DNA from: Candidatus Poribacteria bacterium
GTDB lineage: Bacteria; Poribacteria; WGA-4E; WGA-3G
Assembly (NCBI GenBank): GCA_965208635.1
Contig: OZ242349.1
Span: forward strand, 588,272 to 652,271
DNA length: 64,000 nt
Direction of reading: 5' to 3'
Part shown: piece after piece, positions 35,584 to 45,178 of the stretch
Layout: every line of letters begins with the position of its first letter
Position numbering within the stretch: the stretch's first letter is position 1
Notes under the pieces: generated by a model
What the model was told of the DNA's origin: nothing
The model's database searches: none
What the model saw: the letters and a program-made list of their open reading frames with translations, nothing else
Made by a program: the position numbers and the translations under genes

Positions 35584-38370
35584 GTGGAGGGCGAATCTAC
35601 GGAGGAGACCGTGAAAACCACAAATCCCTTGACCGAACCGCAAGGAAAATTAAAAAATTTCGACGCTGTTGCGCGATTACCTTCACCAGATGATAACGTC
35701 GGTATCGCTACGCAAACACTGGAACGTGGCACACGCATCCGTTACAATGGGCAACAGTTTCAACTATCGCATACCCTCTTAGAAGGACATCGGTTTGCTG
35801 TTCAACCGATCTCGGCAACCGAACCCCTCTTGTCGTGGGGCTTACCTTTCGGTTTCGCGACACGTCCTATTTCTCCTGGCGATTACGTGTGCAATCAGAA
35901 GATGATTGATTCGTTATCGATTAGAAACCTACCCTTTGAATTGCCAGAGACTCCTAACTTTAGCGATAAAATGGCACCGTATGAGTTGGATGAAGCAGAA
36001 TTCCGCCCAGGAAAACGGGTGCCGCGTCATGCACACGAACGTCCCTTCCTGGGTTACCAGCGTCCCGGTAATCGTGGCGTTGGCACGCGAAACTATATCG
36101 TCGTTATGGGGACGACTGCACGCACCTCTGGCTTTGCGAGAAGACTTGCCGATATGTGTTCGGCAGGAGGGGTTTGTAACCCCGATACATTCCCGAACAT
36201 AGACGGTATTGTTGCCGTAACGCACACAGAAGGCGGCGAAAGCCAGACTCCCAATAACATTGATATGTTGCTCCGAACACTTGCGGGTTTCACCGTCCAT
36301 CCGAATATTGGAGCGATACTGCTTGTTGATTACGGCACCGAGTCAGTTACAAACGAAATGCTTAAGGCATATATGCTACGAGAGGGTTATGCTTTAGATG
36401 ACGTTGTACACCATTTTCATCGGCTACAGGGAAGTTTCGACACAGATTTAGCAGGCGGCGCAGAGATTATTGAGGGATGGTTAGATACCGTGAACAGCGT
36501 TCCGCGGACCGAACAGTCCTTGGAACACCTCAAAATCGCTTTGCAGTGTGGCGGCTCCGATGCGTTCTCTGGTGTATCAGGCAATCCGCTTGCCGCTTAT
36601 GTTGCGAAAGAGGTTATCCGTTATGGCGGATGCGCCAATCTCGCTGAGACCGATGAACTTATCGGTTCTGAGGCTTACGTACTACAGAACGCCCGTGACC
36701 TGCCGACAGCACGCAAATTTCTCAATACGATTGAACGGTTCAAGGAGCGCGCCGCATGGCATGGACACTCCACAGAAGCGAATCCATCTGGCGGCAATAA
36801 CTTCCGTGGACTCTATAACATCGCCATTAAATCGATCGGTGCGGCGATGAAGCGACATCCCGATGTCTGTCTCGATTACGTCATTGATTACAGCGAACCG
36901 ATGGAGAATTCGGGTTACTACTTCATGGATAGCCCCGGTAACGATCTGGAGAGCATCGCTGGACAGGTAGCATCTGGGTCCAACATGATTTTCTTTGTCA
37001 CTGGGAACGGTTCAATCACCAATTTCCCCTTCGTGCCGACGATTAAGATCGTCACCACGACAGGACGATATGAAATGCTTGAAAAGGACATGGACGTGAA
37101 TGCCGGTGCCTACCTCGACGGCACACCAATGGAAGAACTCGGCGAGTCTATGCTGGATCTGACGGTGGATGTTGCCTCGGGTGAACGTTCTGTCGGTGAG
37201 AAAGCAGGGCATTCCCAAGTCTCACTGTGGCGCGATTGGAAGCAGACAGGTCCCGTGGATTTAAACCCATTGTTGACAGAATCCGAATTGAAGTCTGGCG
37301 AACCGATTCCGATCGAGACCTCCGATGTAGCCGCGAGTTCTCAGGAATTGCAATTCAGCGCACTTCAAACAGAAGATGGATGTCGTACAGATCAAGTGGG
37401 ACTGATTTTGCCGACCAGTCTCTGTTCGGGTCAGATTGCAGAGATGATTGCGCACCGGTGCAACGAGCGGAACATTGGTAAGGAACAAGGTATATCACGT
37501 TTCGTTGCGCTCCCACATACGGAAGGATGTGGGGTCTCCAGTGGACGTTCCGAGGAGATTTACACTCGCACGATGATCGGACACCTCACACATCCGACGG
37601 TTGCCCTCGGTCTGCTCCTCGAACACGGTTGCGAGAAAACCCACAACGATCACGTCCGACATGAGATTGAGCAGTTGGGAATATCGCCGGAAGGCTACGG
37701 TTGGGCAAGCGTGCAATTGGATGGTGGGATTGATGCCGTCATTGAGAAGGTGCAAGATTGGTTTTCCGAGGAACTCGCGGATAAACCGACGGTTCCTGTT
37801 GTCGATGCCGGATTAGAGAACCTCTGCTTAGCCGTGACATCAACTGGAACACCGACGCAAGAAGTCTCGGAATCCTTGACGCAATTGACACATAGGGTCG
37901 TCTCTGCGGGGGGAACGGTCATCGTGCCAGCGAACGCGACCTTTTTACGTTACGGCGTGTTCGGGGTTACCAGGGAAACACCCAAGCAAAAACATCCCTC
38001 TCACAGTGTGCCTACTACTTTGGCATACGGACAACGGGTTGAGAAGGCGGGTTTCCATATCATGGAGACACCTACCGATCAACAGACGGAGACGCTGACA
38101 GGATTGGGTGCGACGGGTGTGGATTTGGCACTCGCGCATATCGTCGGAGCACCTTTGCAATCGCATGTGATGGTGCCGCTGATTCAGGTCTCTACAGATT
38201 CCACAACGCAAGCCAATTACGGCGCGGATCTGGACTTGACGACTGCCGATATTGATGACCTATTGGCGTTAATCGTAGAGGTGGCGTCGCGGCAGTATAC
38301 CCCGAAGCTGCACGGTAAGGGAAACACAGACTTTCAGTTAACGCGAGGGTTATTGGGGATTTCGATGTAA
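35584..38370 (+). CDS. UxaA-family (altronate/galactarate dehydratase-like) protein with SAF domain; about twice canonical length, with a duplicated C-terminal module
   Basis: SAF domain NVGIATQTLERGTRI..GHRFAVQPI. The UxaA-type HTEG(C)G blocks occur twice (GIVAVTHTEGGESQ and VALPHTEGCGVSS). Total length is 928 aa, against about 495 aa for UxaA. Confidence 0.7.
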   Translation: MEGESTEETVKTTNPLTEPQGKLKNFDAVARLPSPDDNVGIATQTLERGTRIRYNGQQFQLSHTLLEGHRFAVQPISATEPLLSWGLPFGFATRPISPGDYVCNQKMIDSLSIRNLPFELPETPNFSDKMAPYELDEAEFRPGKRVPRHAHERPFLGYQRPGNRGVGTRNYIVVMGTTARTSGFARRLADMCSAGGVCNPDTFPNIDGIVAVTHTEGGESQTPNNIDMLLRTLAGFTVHPNIGAILLVDYGTESVTNEMLKAYMLREGYALDDVVHHFHRLQGSFDTDLAGGAEIIEGWLDTVNSVPRTEQSLEHLKIALQCGGSDAFSGVSGNPLAAYVAKEVIRYGGCANLAETDELIGSEAYVLQNARDLPTARKFLNTIERFKERAAWHGHSTEANPSGGNNFRGLYNIAIKSIGAAMKRHPDVCLDYVIDYSEPMENSGYYFMDSPGNDLESIAGQVASGSNMIFFVTGNGSITNFPFVPTIKIVTTTGRYEMLEKDMDVNAGAYLDGTPMEELGESMLDLTVDVASGERSVGEKAGHSQVSLWRDWKQTGPVDLNPLLTESELKSGEPIPIETSDVAASSQELQFSALQTEDGCRTDQVGLILPTSLCSGQIAEMIAHRCNERNIGKEQGISRFVALPHTEGCGVSSGRSEEIYTRTMIGHLTHPTVALGLLLEHGCEKTHNDHVRHEIEQLGISPEGYGWASVQLDGGIDAVIEKVQDWFSEELADKPTVPVVDAGLENLCLAVTSTGTPTQEVSESLTQLTHRVVSAGGTVIVPANATFLRYGVFGVTRETPKQKHPSHSVPTTLAYGQRVEKAGFHIMETPTDQQTETLTGLGATGVDLALAHIVGAPLQSHVMVPLIQVSTDSTTQANYGADLDLTTADIDDLLALIVEVASRQYTPKLHGKGNTDFQLTRGLLGISM
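37974..37995. repeat. 22-nt family-1 repeat core (gggaaacacccaagcaaaaaca) embedded in a CDS
   Basis: A 16-nt exact match (ggaaacacccaagcaa) to 2779-2794, plus the aaaaca tail. It is translated as RETPKQKH within the UxaA-like gene. Confidence 0.4.
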
Positions 38371-38464
38371 TCAAATGAGACACTTTTTCTTGACACGAGG
38401 TCTTAATCCGCCTTATAATAATTTCATTAACTTGCTATAGAAAAGCAAACCAATTTGTTGGCAC

Positions 38465-38755
38465 ATGGCAATTTCAAGTCGTGAAGTAATTAAAAGACTG
38501 AGGAAAGAAGGTTGGGTGTTAGTCCATACTGTGGGTAGCCATCACCATTACAAACACCCAAACAAACCTGGCAGAGTGACTGTTCCTCACCCCAAGAAAG
38601 ACTTAAGAAGACAGACATTGTCGAGTATCTGTGGACAAGCAGGTTGGAATGGGTGGGATCCGAATTGGAAGAAAAACAGAAGAACGCGAGGTTCGCTATG
38701 CCTAAGCATTACCCAATTGTTATTCACAAAGATCCAGATAGTGACTATTGTGTAA
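38465..38755 (+). CDS. hicA: HicA-family toxin (YcfA-like mRNA interferase) with C-terminal extension
   Basis: REVIKRLRKEGWVLVHTVGSHHHYKHPNKPGRVTVPHPKKDL is canonical HicA. The frame continues about 40 aa past the usual end and overlaps hicB. Confidence 0.7.
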   Translation: MAISSREVIKRLRKEGWVLVHTVGSHHHYKHPNKPGRVTVPHPKKDLRRQTLSSICGQAGWNGWDPNWKKNRRTRGSLCLSITQLLFTKIQIVTIV

Positions 38756-39045
38756 CTGTACCAGATCTGCCCGGTTGCATAACTGCTGGGGATACGCTTG
38801 ATGATGCCCAAAATCAGGCATTAGAAGCTATCCAATGCCATATTGAAGGCATGCTGCTCGACGGTGAATCCATTCCTGAAGCGAAAGACATTGCATTTCA
38901 TCAAAACAATCCAGAGTATGCCGATGGCACGTGGAAATCTGTATCAATAAGTCTACCTGATATTTCCACAATTCGGATCCGTCAATCCGGACGAATACAG
39001 AGATTTTTCCGATGGTTCAACCGAACGACTCAAACGATTCGATAA
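38698..39045 (+). CDS. hicB: HicB-family antitoxin
   Basis: MPKHYPIVIHKDPDSDYCVTVPDLPGCITAGDTLDDAQNQALEAI is the canonical HicB (UPF0150) N-terminus. The start is taken at ATG 38698. Confidence 0.7.
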   Translation: MPKHYPIVIHKDPDSDYCVTVPDLPGCITAGDTLDDAQNQALEAIQCHIEGMLLDGESIPEAKDIAFHQNNPEYADGTWKSVSISLPDISTIRIRQSGRIQRFFRWFNRTTQTIR

Positions 39046-39085
39046 TCGTATTTGGAGTAAAAAGGAAGTGACCTTACGGGTTCAA

Positions 39086-40249
39086 TCAGAAGGAGATTCG
39101 CAGCAATTCCACAGGAAAATCCGCCATGAAAGCGGGTTTGCGGAATGCCATCAAACCGAGGGTCAACCATTTATCGAGTGAAGGCACGGAAACGGCAAAC
39201 CTGTCTGATTTAGGTATGAGATCGTTCCTCGTAAAAGGGGTTTTCTCGCCCCAACCTCGTGTCGCACGGTGTGCAAACCACATTCCAGCGGCTGATCCAA
39301 GGATACTCGCGACAACATAAGGTTTATGGCTCTCCGCTTCAGCCAGCAGAGGAAATCCCCAGCCGAATAGGGCACCTGCACACGCCCCAATTTGTATCAA
39401 AGCCGCCCTGCCGGCTGTGTACTCTCCCTCAGCAGTCAATTGATAACCAAGATATGCTCCCATCGGTAAGCCGACCATGGAGGCTAATACATAGGCTCGC
39501 GATGCCTCCACATCCATCAGAGAGACAATTCCATTTGCATAGGCACTCCCAACCAATCCCCCGAAGGAGATGAGATGTGAGCGTCCCTCACTTATCGGCT
39601 TGTTGTAAATCAACTTTGTTGTGGCCCATGTTCCGATAGGGACTCCAGCCATTATAGACGCAACATAGATTTTGGCTTGCGTCCACTCTTCAAGGTCTTC
39701 AATATTGGCGACATACGGAATTGCAAACCCGTAAAATCCACCCAAAAATCCGCCGTTGGTCATCAAATAGGATTCACCCTTTTTAAACCATCTGTGATCC
39801 GTAAGTCTATGGGTAATCAGCCCGCCTATTGGCGTAGCGAGCATCGCAGAAGCAAAGTAAACCTTTTCATTCTCTGATTCAAACAACACTGGCAGCCCGA
39901 AACCGTATAGGGTACCGGCGAAACTGCCCGATAGGATTAGGTTGGATCGTCCGACACCGAGTCGATGGTTCTTTGTAGCCATAAGTGCGCCTGCAAAAGA
40001 CCCGCCGCCAATTAGCAGTTCCAATCCAGCGAATTGGCTCCCTGATTCAAGGTCAAGGAGGATCGCTGTCCCCGGTCCGTAGAGGGAAAGTCCATAGAGT
40101 GTTGAAGCGGCGACCAGCAGCGTCCTGCCTTCCTGTTGCTCTTTTAGGGAAATGCTCTGTTCGATTTGGGTTTGGGAATACCCTTCAGGCACAAAACATA
40201 GAAAAATAAAAACCACAGAATAAAAAATACGAACGAATTTGTAAAGCAT
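39086..40249 (-). CDS. secreted/membrane protein built of four Gly-rich repeats of about 58 aa (hypothetical)
   Basis: A signal peptide, then four repeats of the form R(S/A)xLIxxG(S/G)xxGxxYGFGxPxL..(Y/K)(V/Y)xASxxxxPxG. I recognise no known domain. Confidence 0.5.
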   Translation of the reverse strand: MLYKFVRIFYSVVFIFLCFVPEGYSQTQIEQSISLKEQQEGRTLLVAASTLYGLSLYGPGTAILLDLESGSQFAGLELLIGGGSFAGALMATKNHRLGVGRSNLILSGSFAGTLYGFGLPVLFESENEKVYFASAMLATPIGGLITHRLTDHRWFKKGESYLMTNGGFLGGFYGFAIPYVANIEDLEEWTQAKIYVASIMAGVPIGTWATTKLIYNKPISEGRSHLISFGGLVGSAYANGIVSLMDVEASRAYVLASMVGLPMGAYLGYQLTAEGEYTAGRAALIQIGACAGALFGWGFPLLAEAESHKPYVVASILGSAAGMWFAHRATRGWGEKTPFTRNDLIPKSDRFAVSVPSLDKWLTLGLMAFRKPAFMADFPVELLRISF

Positions 40250-40437
40250 AAAACGAATTTCATTTCTTTTTTGGATTTATGTGAATGATTCTCTGTCCCC
40301 CGGCATACAAAGGACTTGTCTTCGGTGAATGAGAATCAACTTTGGTAATCAAGTATTCTACCTTAAGTCTATGCCTCCGTGCAAGAGAGAATAGGAAAAT
40401 GGCGATCACCAGACCTTACTCTATGGTTGTGAAAGAT

Positions 40438-43400
40438 TTATTTCCTTATCAACATTTTTCGCGTCGCAGTAAAATCGTCCGCTGTGAGCGTGTAGAAATA
40501 GACACCACTTGCGACAAGTTCACCCAAGGCGTTTCTACCGTCCCAATAGGCAGCACGGGAACGACTCTGATACAGACCCGCAGGTTGATGTCCGAGTGCT
40601 AACCGCCGAACCATTTGCCCATTTACGGCGTAGATAGTGATGGTAACCTCCGCGGGTTTTGACAACTGATAGGGTATCCACGTCTCTGGATTGAACGGGT
40701 TCGGGAAGTTTACCAAAAGCGCGTCCTCTCTGTGGGCGGTGACAGTTATTTGTGCCGTGAGTGCAGGTCCGTTATAGTTCGCAATAGCACCCGCACCGAC
40801 AGTGAACGTGAGGACTCTATCCGTGTCAAAGTCGCCGTCGAATTCAAGGGCAATCGTGAGTTCGGTATCATTCTTTCGTCTGGGTTGGTGCCACGGGATT
40901 CTGACCCCCGCAATACCAGAGACCGTCACGGCATCCTTAATGTCAAAGATAGACCGGGCGTACTTAGCCCCCTTCAGCGTCAATGTGACAACGCTTCCAT
41001 CCAACGTCGCTTCTGTCAATGCCCCCTCCGTCGTGGCAGTCACCGATTCCTCGCCCCCACTGACAGGCACTTCAACGGTGAATGCAGGACCGTTATAGTT
41101 CGCAATAGCACCCGCACCGACAGTGAAGATGAGGACGGCATCGGCATCAAAGTCGCCGTTGAATTTAAGTTCAATCGTAAGTTCTGTATCGCTCTTTCTG
41201 TCCGGTTCGTGCCAAGGTATCGTTACGTCCCTAATACCAGAGACCGTCACGGCACCCCTGATTGCGAAGATAGAACGTTCGTATTTAGCCCCCTTCAGTG
41301 TGAGGGTGACAACGCTTCCATGCAATGTCGCCTCCGTTAATGGCGACTTCGTCGTGGCTATTACTGATTCCTGTCCCCCACTGACAGGCACTTCGAGAGT
41401 GAACGCAGGACCGTCATATCCCAAGAGTGCCTCCGCCCCGACGGTGAAGGTGAGGACAGCATCGCCATCAAAGTCGCCGTTGAATTTAAGTTCAATCGTA
41501 AGTTCTGTATCGCTCTTTCTGTCCGGTTCGTGCCACGGGATTGATACGCCGTTGATACCAGAGACCTTCACAGCATTTCTGATCGTGAAACTGGATCGTT
41601 CAAAAGTTCGTCCACTTAGCGTCAGTGTAACCACGCTTCCGTTGAGCGTTGCTTCCGTCAAGGGGGACTTCGTTGAGGCAACTATTGATTCCTTATCTCC
41701 AGTGACAGGTAGCTGTGCGATCAAAGCAGGTCCGTCGTAGCCCGTTATCGCATCCGCCCCGACAGTGAAGGTGAGTGTCGCATCCGTGTCAAAATTGCCT
41801 TTGAATGTCAGTTCAACCGTCAATTCCGTATCGCTGACGCGGTCTAAATCGAACCAGTGAAAAGTAACGCCCTCAACCCCAGATACGGTCACAGCACCTC
41901 TGATGTCAAAGTTAGAGCGTTCGTAAGTCGCACGGTTGAGCGTGAGGGTGACGATGCTCCCATTGAGTGTAGTTTCCGTCAAGGGTGCTTCCGTTGATGC
42001 CTCCAACGATTCCTGTCCTCCAGTAACAAGCACTTGTGTGATCAACCCGGGACCATCGTATTCCACTATGGCATCCGCTCCTACTGTAAAAGTGAGCGTG
42101 GCATCCTTGTCAAGGTTTCCATCGAATTCAAGTTCAACAGTAATTTCTGTGTCCTTCAGACGCTCTACACCTGACTTCTTAACAGTTACACCCGCAATAC
42201 CAGAGACCGTCACAGCATTTTTGAGGACAGGGAGAGATTGCGCGTAAGTCCCGTTGTTGAGCGTCAACAGGATGATGCCCCCATCCAGGGTCGCCTCTGT
42301 AAAGGGTTGTGGGGTTAATAGGGTGATTGTTGGTCTTCCCTTGACGACAGCAGTAACAGGTATCTCTGCGATGCGTGCGGGACCGTTATAGGCAACAATT
42401 GCGCCTGCCCCAATCCTGAAAGTGAGCGTGGCATCCGTGTCAAAATTTGTACCGTCAAATGTCAATTTAACGGTCACTTGCGTATCACTGAGACGTGTTA
42501 CATCCGGCTGAGGAAACGTAACGCCGGCGATGCCGGATACTTGCAACGCACGCCTGATGTCAGCAACGGATTTCGCATACACACCACTGGACAGTGTCAG
42601 TGTGACGACTCTCCCATTTAGGGTTGTCTCCGTCAATGGTCGTGGTGCAAAGGCAGTGATTATCGGACGCCTCTCTACAACGGCGATGACAGGCAATTGC
42701 GCGACGAGCGCGGCACCCTTGTATCCCATCACGGCATCCGCCCCGACCTTGAAGGTGAGCCTCGCATTGGCATCAAAGTCCGTCCCATCGAATATCAATT
42801 TGATAGTCACCTGGGTATCACTGATGCGTTCTGCATCAAACCTGCTAACAGTCACACCAGTAATGCCCGATACCGTCACGTTATTTCCAACAGTGTGCTG
42901 AGCCTCGTAGATCCTGCCGCTTAACGTCAGTGTGACGATACTCCCATTTAGGGTTGCCTCTGTTAGCGGCACTACGGACGAGGCGTTCACCGACTCAGTA
43001 ACCGCAGTGACAGGCACCGTCGCGGTGAGTGCGGGTCCATCGTAATTCGCGATTGCATCCGCTTGGACTGTGAAGGTGAGGGTGGCATCGGTGTCAAGGT
43101 CAGTCCCATCAAAGGTCAGTCCAACTGTCAACATCGTAGCATTGACACGTTTCACATCGGCAGGCTTGACAGTTACACCGGCAATACCGGCTACCCTTAC
43201 AGGATCGTTGAGCCAGTTTTCATAGATCCGGTTTCGTAACGCCAGTGTCACTATGCTTCCATTCAGTGTCGTCTCCGTTAAAGGAGACCGAGAAGTCAAC
43301 GTTATCGTCGGGCTTTTCTGATCGTCCACGTCGGTGACTTCAATAGTGACAGTAATGGCGTCGGTAAGATTGCCATCAGAAACAGTGACTTTTACGGTAT

Positions 43401-45027
43401 AGGTGCGTTTGGTTTCGTAGTCAAGGGCGGCAAAGGTTCTCAATTGACCAGTTGTAGGCTCAATATCAAACGATGCCGCATCAGGACCGCCAAGGGTGTA
43501 GGTTAGAGAATCGTTGTCCGCATCCGTCGCCGCTACCGGCTCGCGGATGTTCATTCCTCTCGGTGTATTCTCCGCCACTGTACGGGTGGTGTGACTACCA
43601 TCTATGAACTCCGGTGCGTCGTTTGTCGGCACTTCAACGACGATATCAACAACAATGATAATCACCGTGATTTTAGCTATCAAACTGCCATCGGAGACAG
43701 TGACTGTTACCCTATAGGAGGCTTTGGTTTCATGGTGGAGGGCTGTCTTGGTTTTCAACTGCCCAGAGGTGCTATCAATGTCAAACGATGCCGCATCAAT
43801 GCCACTTAACTGATAGATTAACGGCTCATTGTTGGCATCAGTAGCCACTACTGGATCACCGATGCTTACATTTGCGCCTGTCTTCTCCGCCACCGTGCGG
43901 GTGGTAGCGGAGCCTTCGGTGAACACGGGTGCTTTGTTGATGGACCATCCCATATCTTCGAGCATACCCAATGCAATAGGGCCAGGATCGTGAATGGCTT
44001 CCTGTCTATCAAGATATGGAGTCATTAACGAATTAACATCTCCAGGGGGAAATATTGTCTCATCTAAATGGGCGTACGCTGACCCTGTATCCCAGGTACT
44101 GGGCGCGTGGAGTTGGGGACGTCCGCCCCCGTTTGCGGCAACGCCTTTTGCGCCGCTCCAGACGAGGTTGTTACTGGTAAACTGTTCCAGAAGACTCGTG
44201 GATGGATCATCAAACTCCATGATAGCCGTTCCAGACCCATTGACGACAAAGAAATCATAAATATGAGGCAATGCATCAGGCTTTCCACTCCTTAGCTTAC
44301 CTTGGTTATCGGAGGGAGAAAAAGTCCAAGTTGAAATATTTTCTTCCCTGGCGGCACTAAAAAAACCGAGACCGTGAGCAATCTCATGAATCACGGTGCT
44401 AACGAAGTCCATTTTACCGGCGGGTGTGTTGCCATCTGTTTCAAAATACCAATTGACATCTTCGTGACTGTTGAATTCCGTTATGATATCTGGCTCTCCA
44501 TCTGCAAGGTCTCTGCCAGCCTGCTGATCAGCAAGTGCATCAACGAACCACAAATTTAATGCACGGGACGGTTTCCAAGCAACTGGCTGAGCCGCTCCCA
44601 AAATAATCTCTCCGTCCTCATACCCCCCGAAGTCGGTAAAAATTGCGTCAATCCAGATTGGCACAGGCGATCGGATCAGCGAATTCCAAATATCAACCGC
44701 ATATTGGAACGCTTCCCTCGCTTCGTCCGTAAAACCGGTGTAGGTCACTCTAAATTGGGGCTGTTCCGTTCCAAAATAGTTATCGTGTCGGGAGAATTGC
44801 TGCAGTGGTGGTGCCGGGACACTTGTATTCGAATTTTCATTGGTTCCATATAAAATGATCATGCCGTCCAATGCTTTGTCTTGGCTCGTTGGATTTACCC
44901 GTGACAGCACTTCAGATGTCTCTGAGCGTTGCCGCAGTACTGCGTCTCGGCTTATGGCGTGAGGGGTCAATCCAAGTAGAATGGATATGAAAAAGAAAAC
45001 TGTCAGTAATACTTTAGCAAATTCCAT
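40438..45027 (-). CDS. giant secreted protein: zinc-metalloprotease-like (HExxH) domain + cadherin-like domains + about 10 tandem Ig-like repeats + T9SS type-A C-terminal sorting domain
   Basis: Signal peptide, then VIHEIAHGLGF (HExxH). Cadherin-like units (VVATDANNEPLIYQLSGIDAASFDIDSTSGQL). Repeats of 95 aa (PLTE(A/T)TLNGS(I/V)VTLTL..VSGI.GVT). C-terminal FPNPFNPETWIPYQL..YWDGRN..GVYFYTLTA..TRKMLIRK. Confidence 0.8.
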   Translation of the reverse strand: MEFAKVLLTVFFFISILLGLTPHAISRDAVLRQRSETSEVLSRVNPTSQDKALDGMIILYGTNENSNTSVPAPPLQQFSRHDNYFGTEQPQFRVTYTGFTDEAREAFQYAVDIWNSLIRSPVPIWIDAIFTDFGGYEDGEIILGAAQPVAWKPSRALNLWFVDALADQQAGRDLADGEPDIITEFNSHEDVNWYFETDGNTPAGKMDFVSTVIHEIAHGLGFFSAAREENISTWTFSPSDNQGKLRSGKPDALPHIYDFFVVNGSGTAIMEFDDPSTSLLEQFTSNNLVWSGAKGVAANGGGRPQLHAPSTWDTGSAYAHLDETIFPPGDVNSLMTPYLDRQEAIHDPGPIALGMLEDMGWSINKAPVFTEGSATTRTVAEKTGANVSIGDPVVATDANNEPLIYQLSGIDAASFDIDSTSGQLKTKTALHHETKASYRVTVTVSDGSLIAKITVIIIVVDIVVEVPTNDAPEFIDGSHTTRTVAENTPRGMNIREPVAATDADNDSLTYTLGGPDAASFDIEPTTGQLRTFAALDYETKRTYTVKVTVSDGNLTDAITVTIEVTDVDDQKSPTITLTSRSPLTETTLNGSIVTLALRNRIYENWLNDPVRVAGIAGVTVKPADVKRVNATMLTVGLTFDGTDLDTDATLTFTVQADAIANYDGPALTATVPVTAVTESVNASSVVPLTEATLNGSIVTLTLSGRIYEAQHTVGNNVTVSGITGVTVSRFDAERISDTQVTIKLIFDGTDFDANARLTFKVGADAVMGYKGAALVAQLPVIAVVERRPIITAFAPRPLTETTLNGRVVTLTLSSGVYAKSVADIRRALQVSGIAGVTFPQPDVTRLSDTQVTVKLTFDGTNFDTDATLTFRIGAGAIVAYNGPARIAEIPVTAVVKGRPTITLLTPQPFTEATLDGGIILLTLNNGTYAQSLPVLKNAVTVSGIAGVTVKKSGVERLKDTEITVELEFDGNLDKDATLTFTVGADAIVEYDGPGLITQVLVTGGQESLEASTEAPLTETTLNGSIVTLTLNRATYERSNFDIRGAVTVSGVEGVTFHWFDLDRVSDTELTVELTFKGNFDTDATLTFTVGADAITGYDGPALIAQLPVTGDKESIVASTKSPLTEATLNGSVVTLTLSGRTFERSSFTIRNAVKVSGINGVSIPWHEPDRKSDTELTIELKFNGDFDGDAVLTFTVGAEALLGYDGPAFTLEVPVSGGQESVIATTKSPLTEATLHGSVVTLTLKGAKYERSIFAIRGAVTVSGIRDVTIPWHEPDRKSDTELTIELKFNGDFDADAVLIFTVGAGAIANYNGPAFTVEVPVSGGEESVTATTEGALTEATLDGSVVTLTLKGAKYARSIFDIKDAVTVSGIAGVRIPWHQPRRKNDTELTIALEFDGDFDTDRVLTFTVGAGAIANYNGPALTAQITVTAHREDALLVNFPNPFNPETWIPYQLSKPAEVTITIYAVNGQMVRRLALGHQPAGLYQSRSRAAYWDGRNALGELVASGVYFYTLTADDFTATRKMLIRK

Positions 45028-45178
45028 AATGACCGTACTTCTTTCGTTGGTGTGATATTACTCGCGCTCGGGACGGATTCCTGTGATATTTGAGATCCTA
45101 GTCACGAATGCCAATGAACACAAAGTGTTTGACAAAAACCACAACCGCACCGCAGCAAATAGGATTTATGAAACACCC

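Noticed and set aside
40732-42901. Series of plus-strand ORFs (40732-41340, 41123-41740, 41936-42247, 42530-42901) opposite the 1529-aa gene
   Set aside because: They lie in tandem-repeat DNA that is open in several frames. The translations are low-complexity (S/T/V-rich) and have no start context. The minus-strand frame encodes coherent Ig/cadherin domains.
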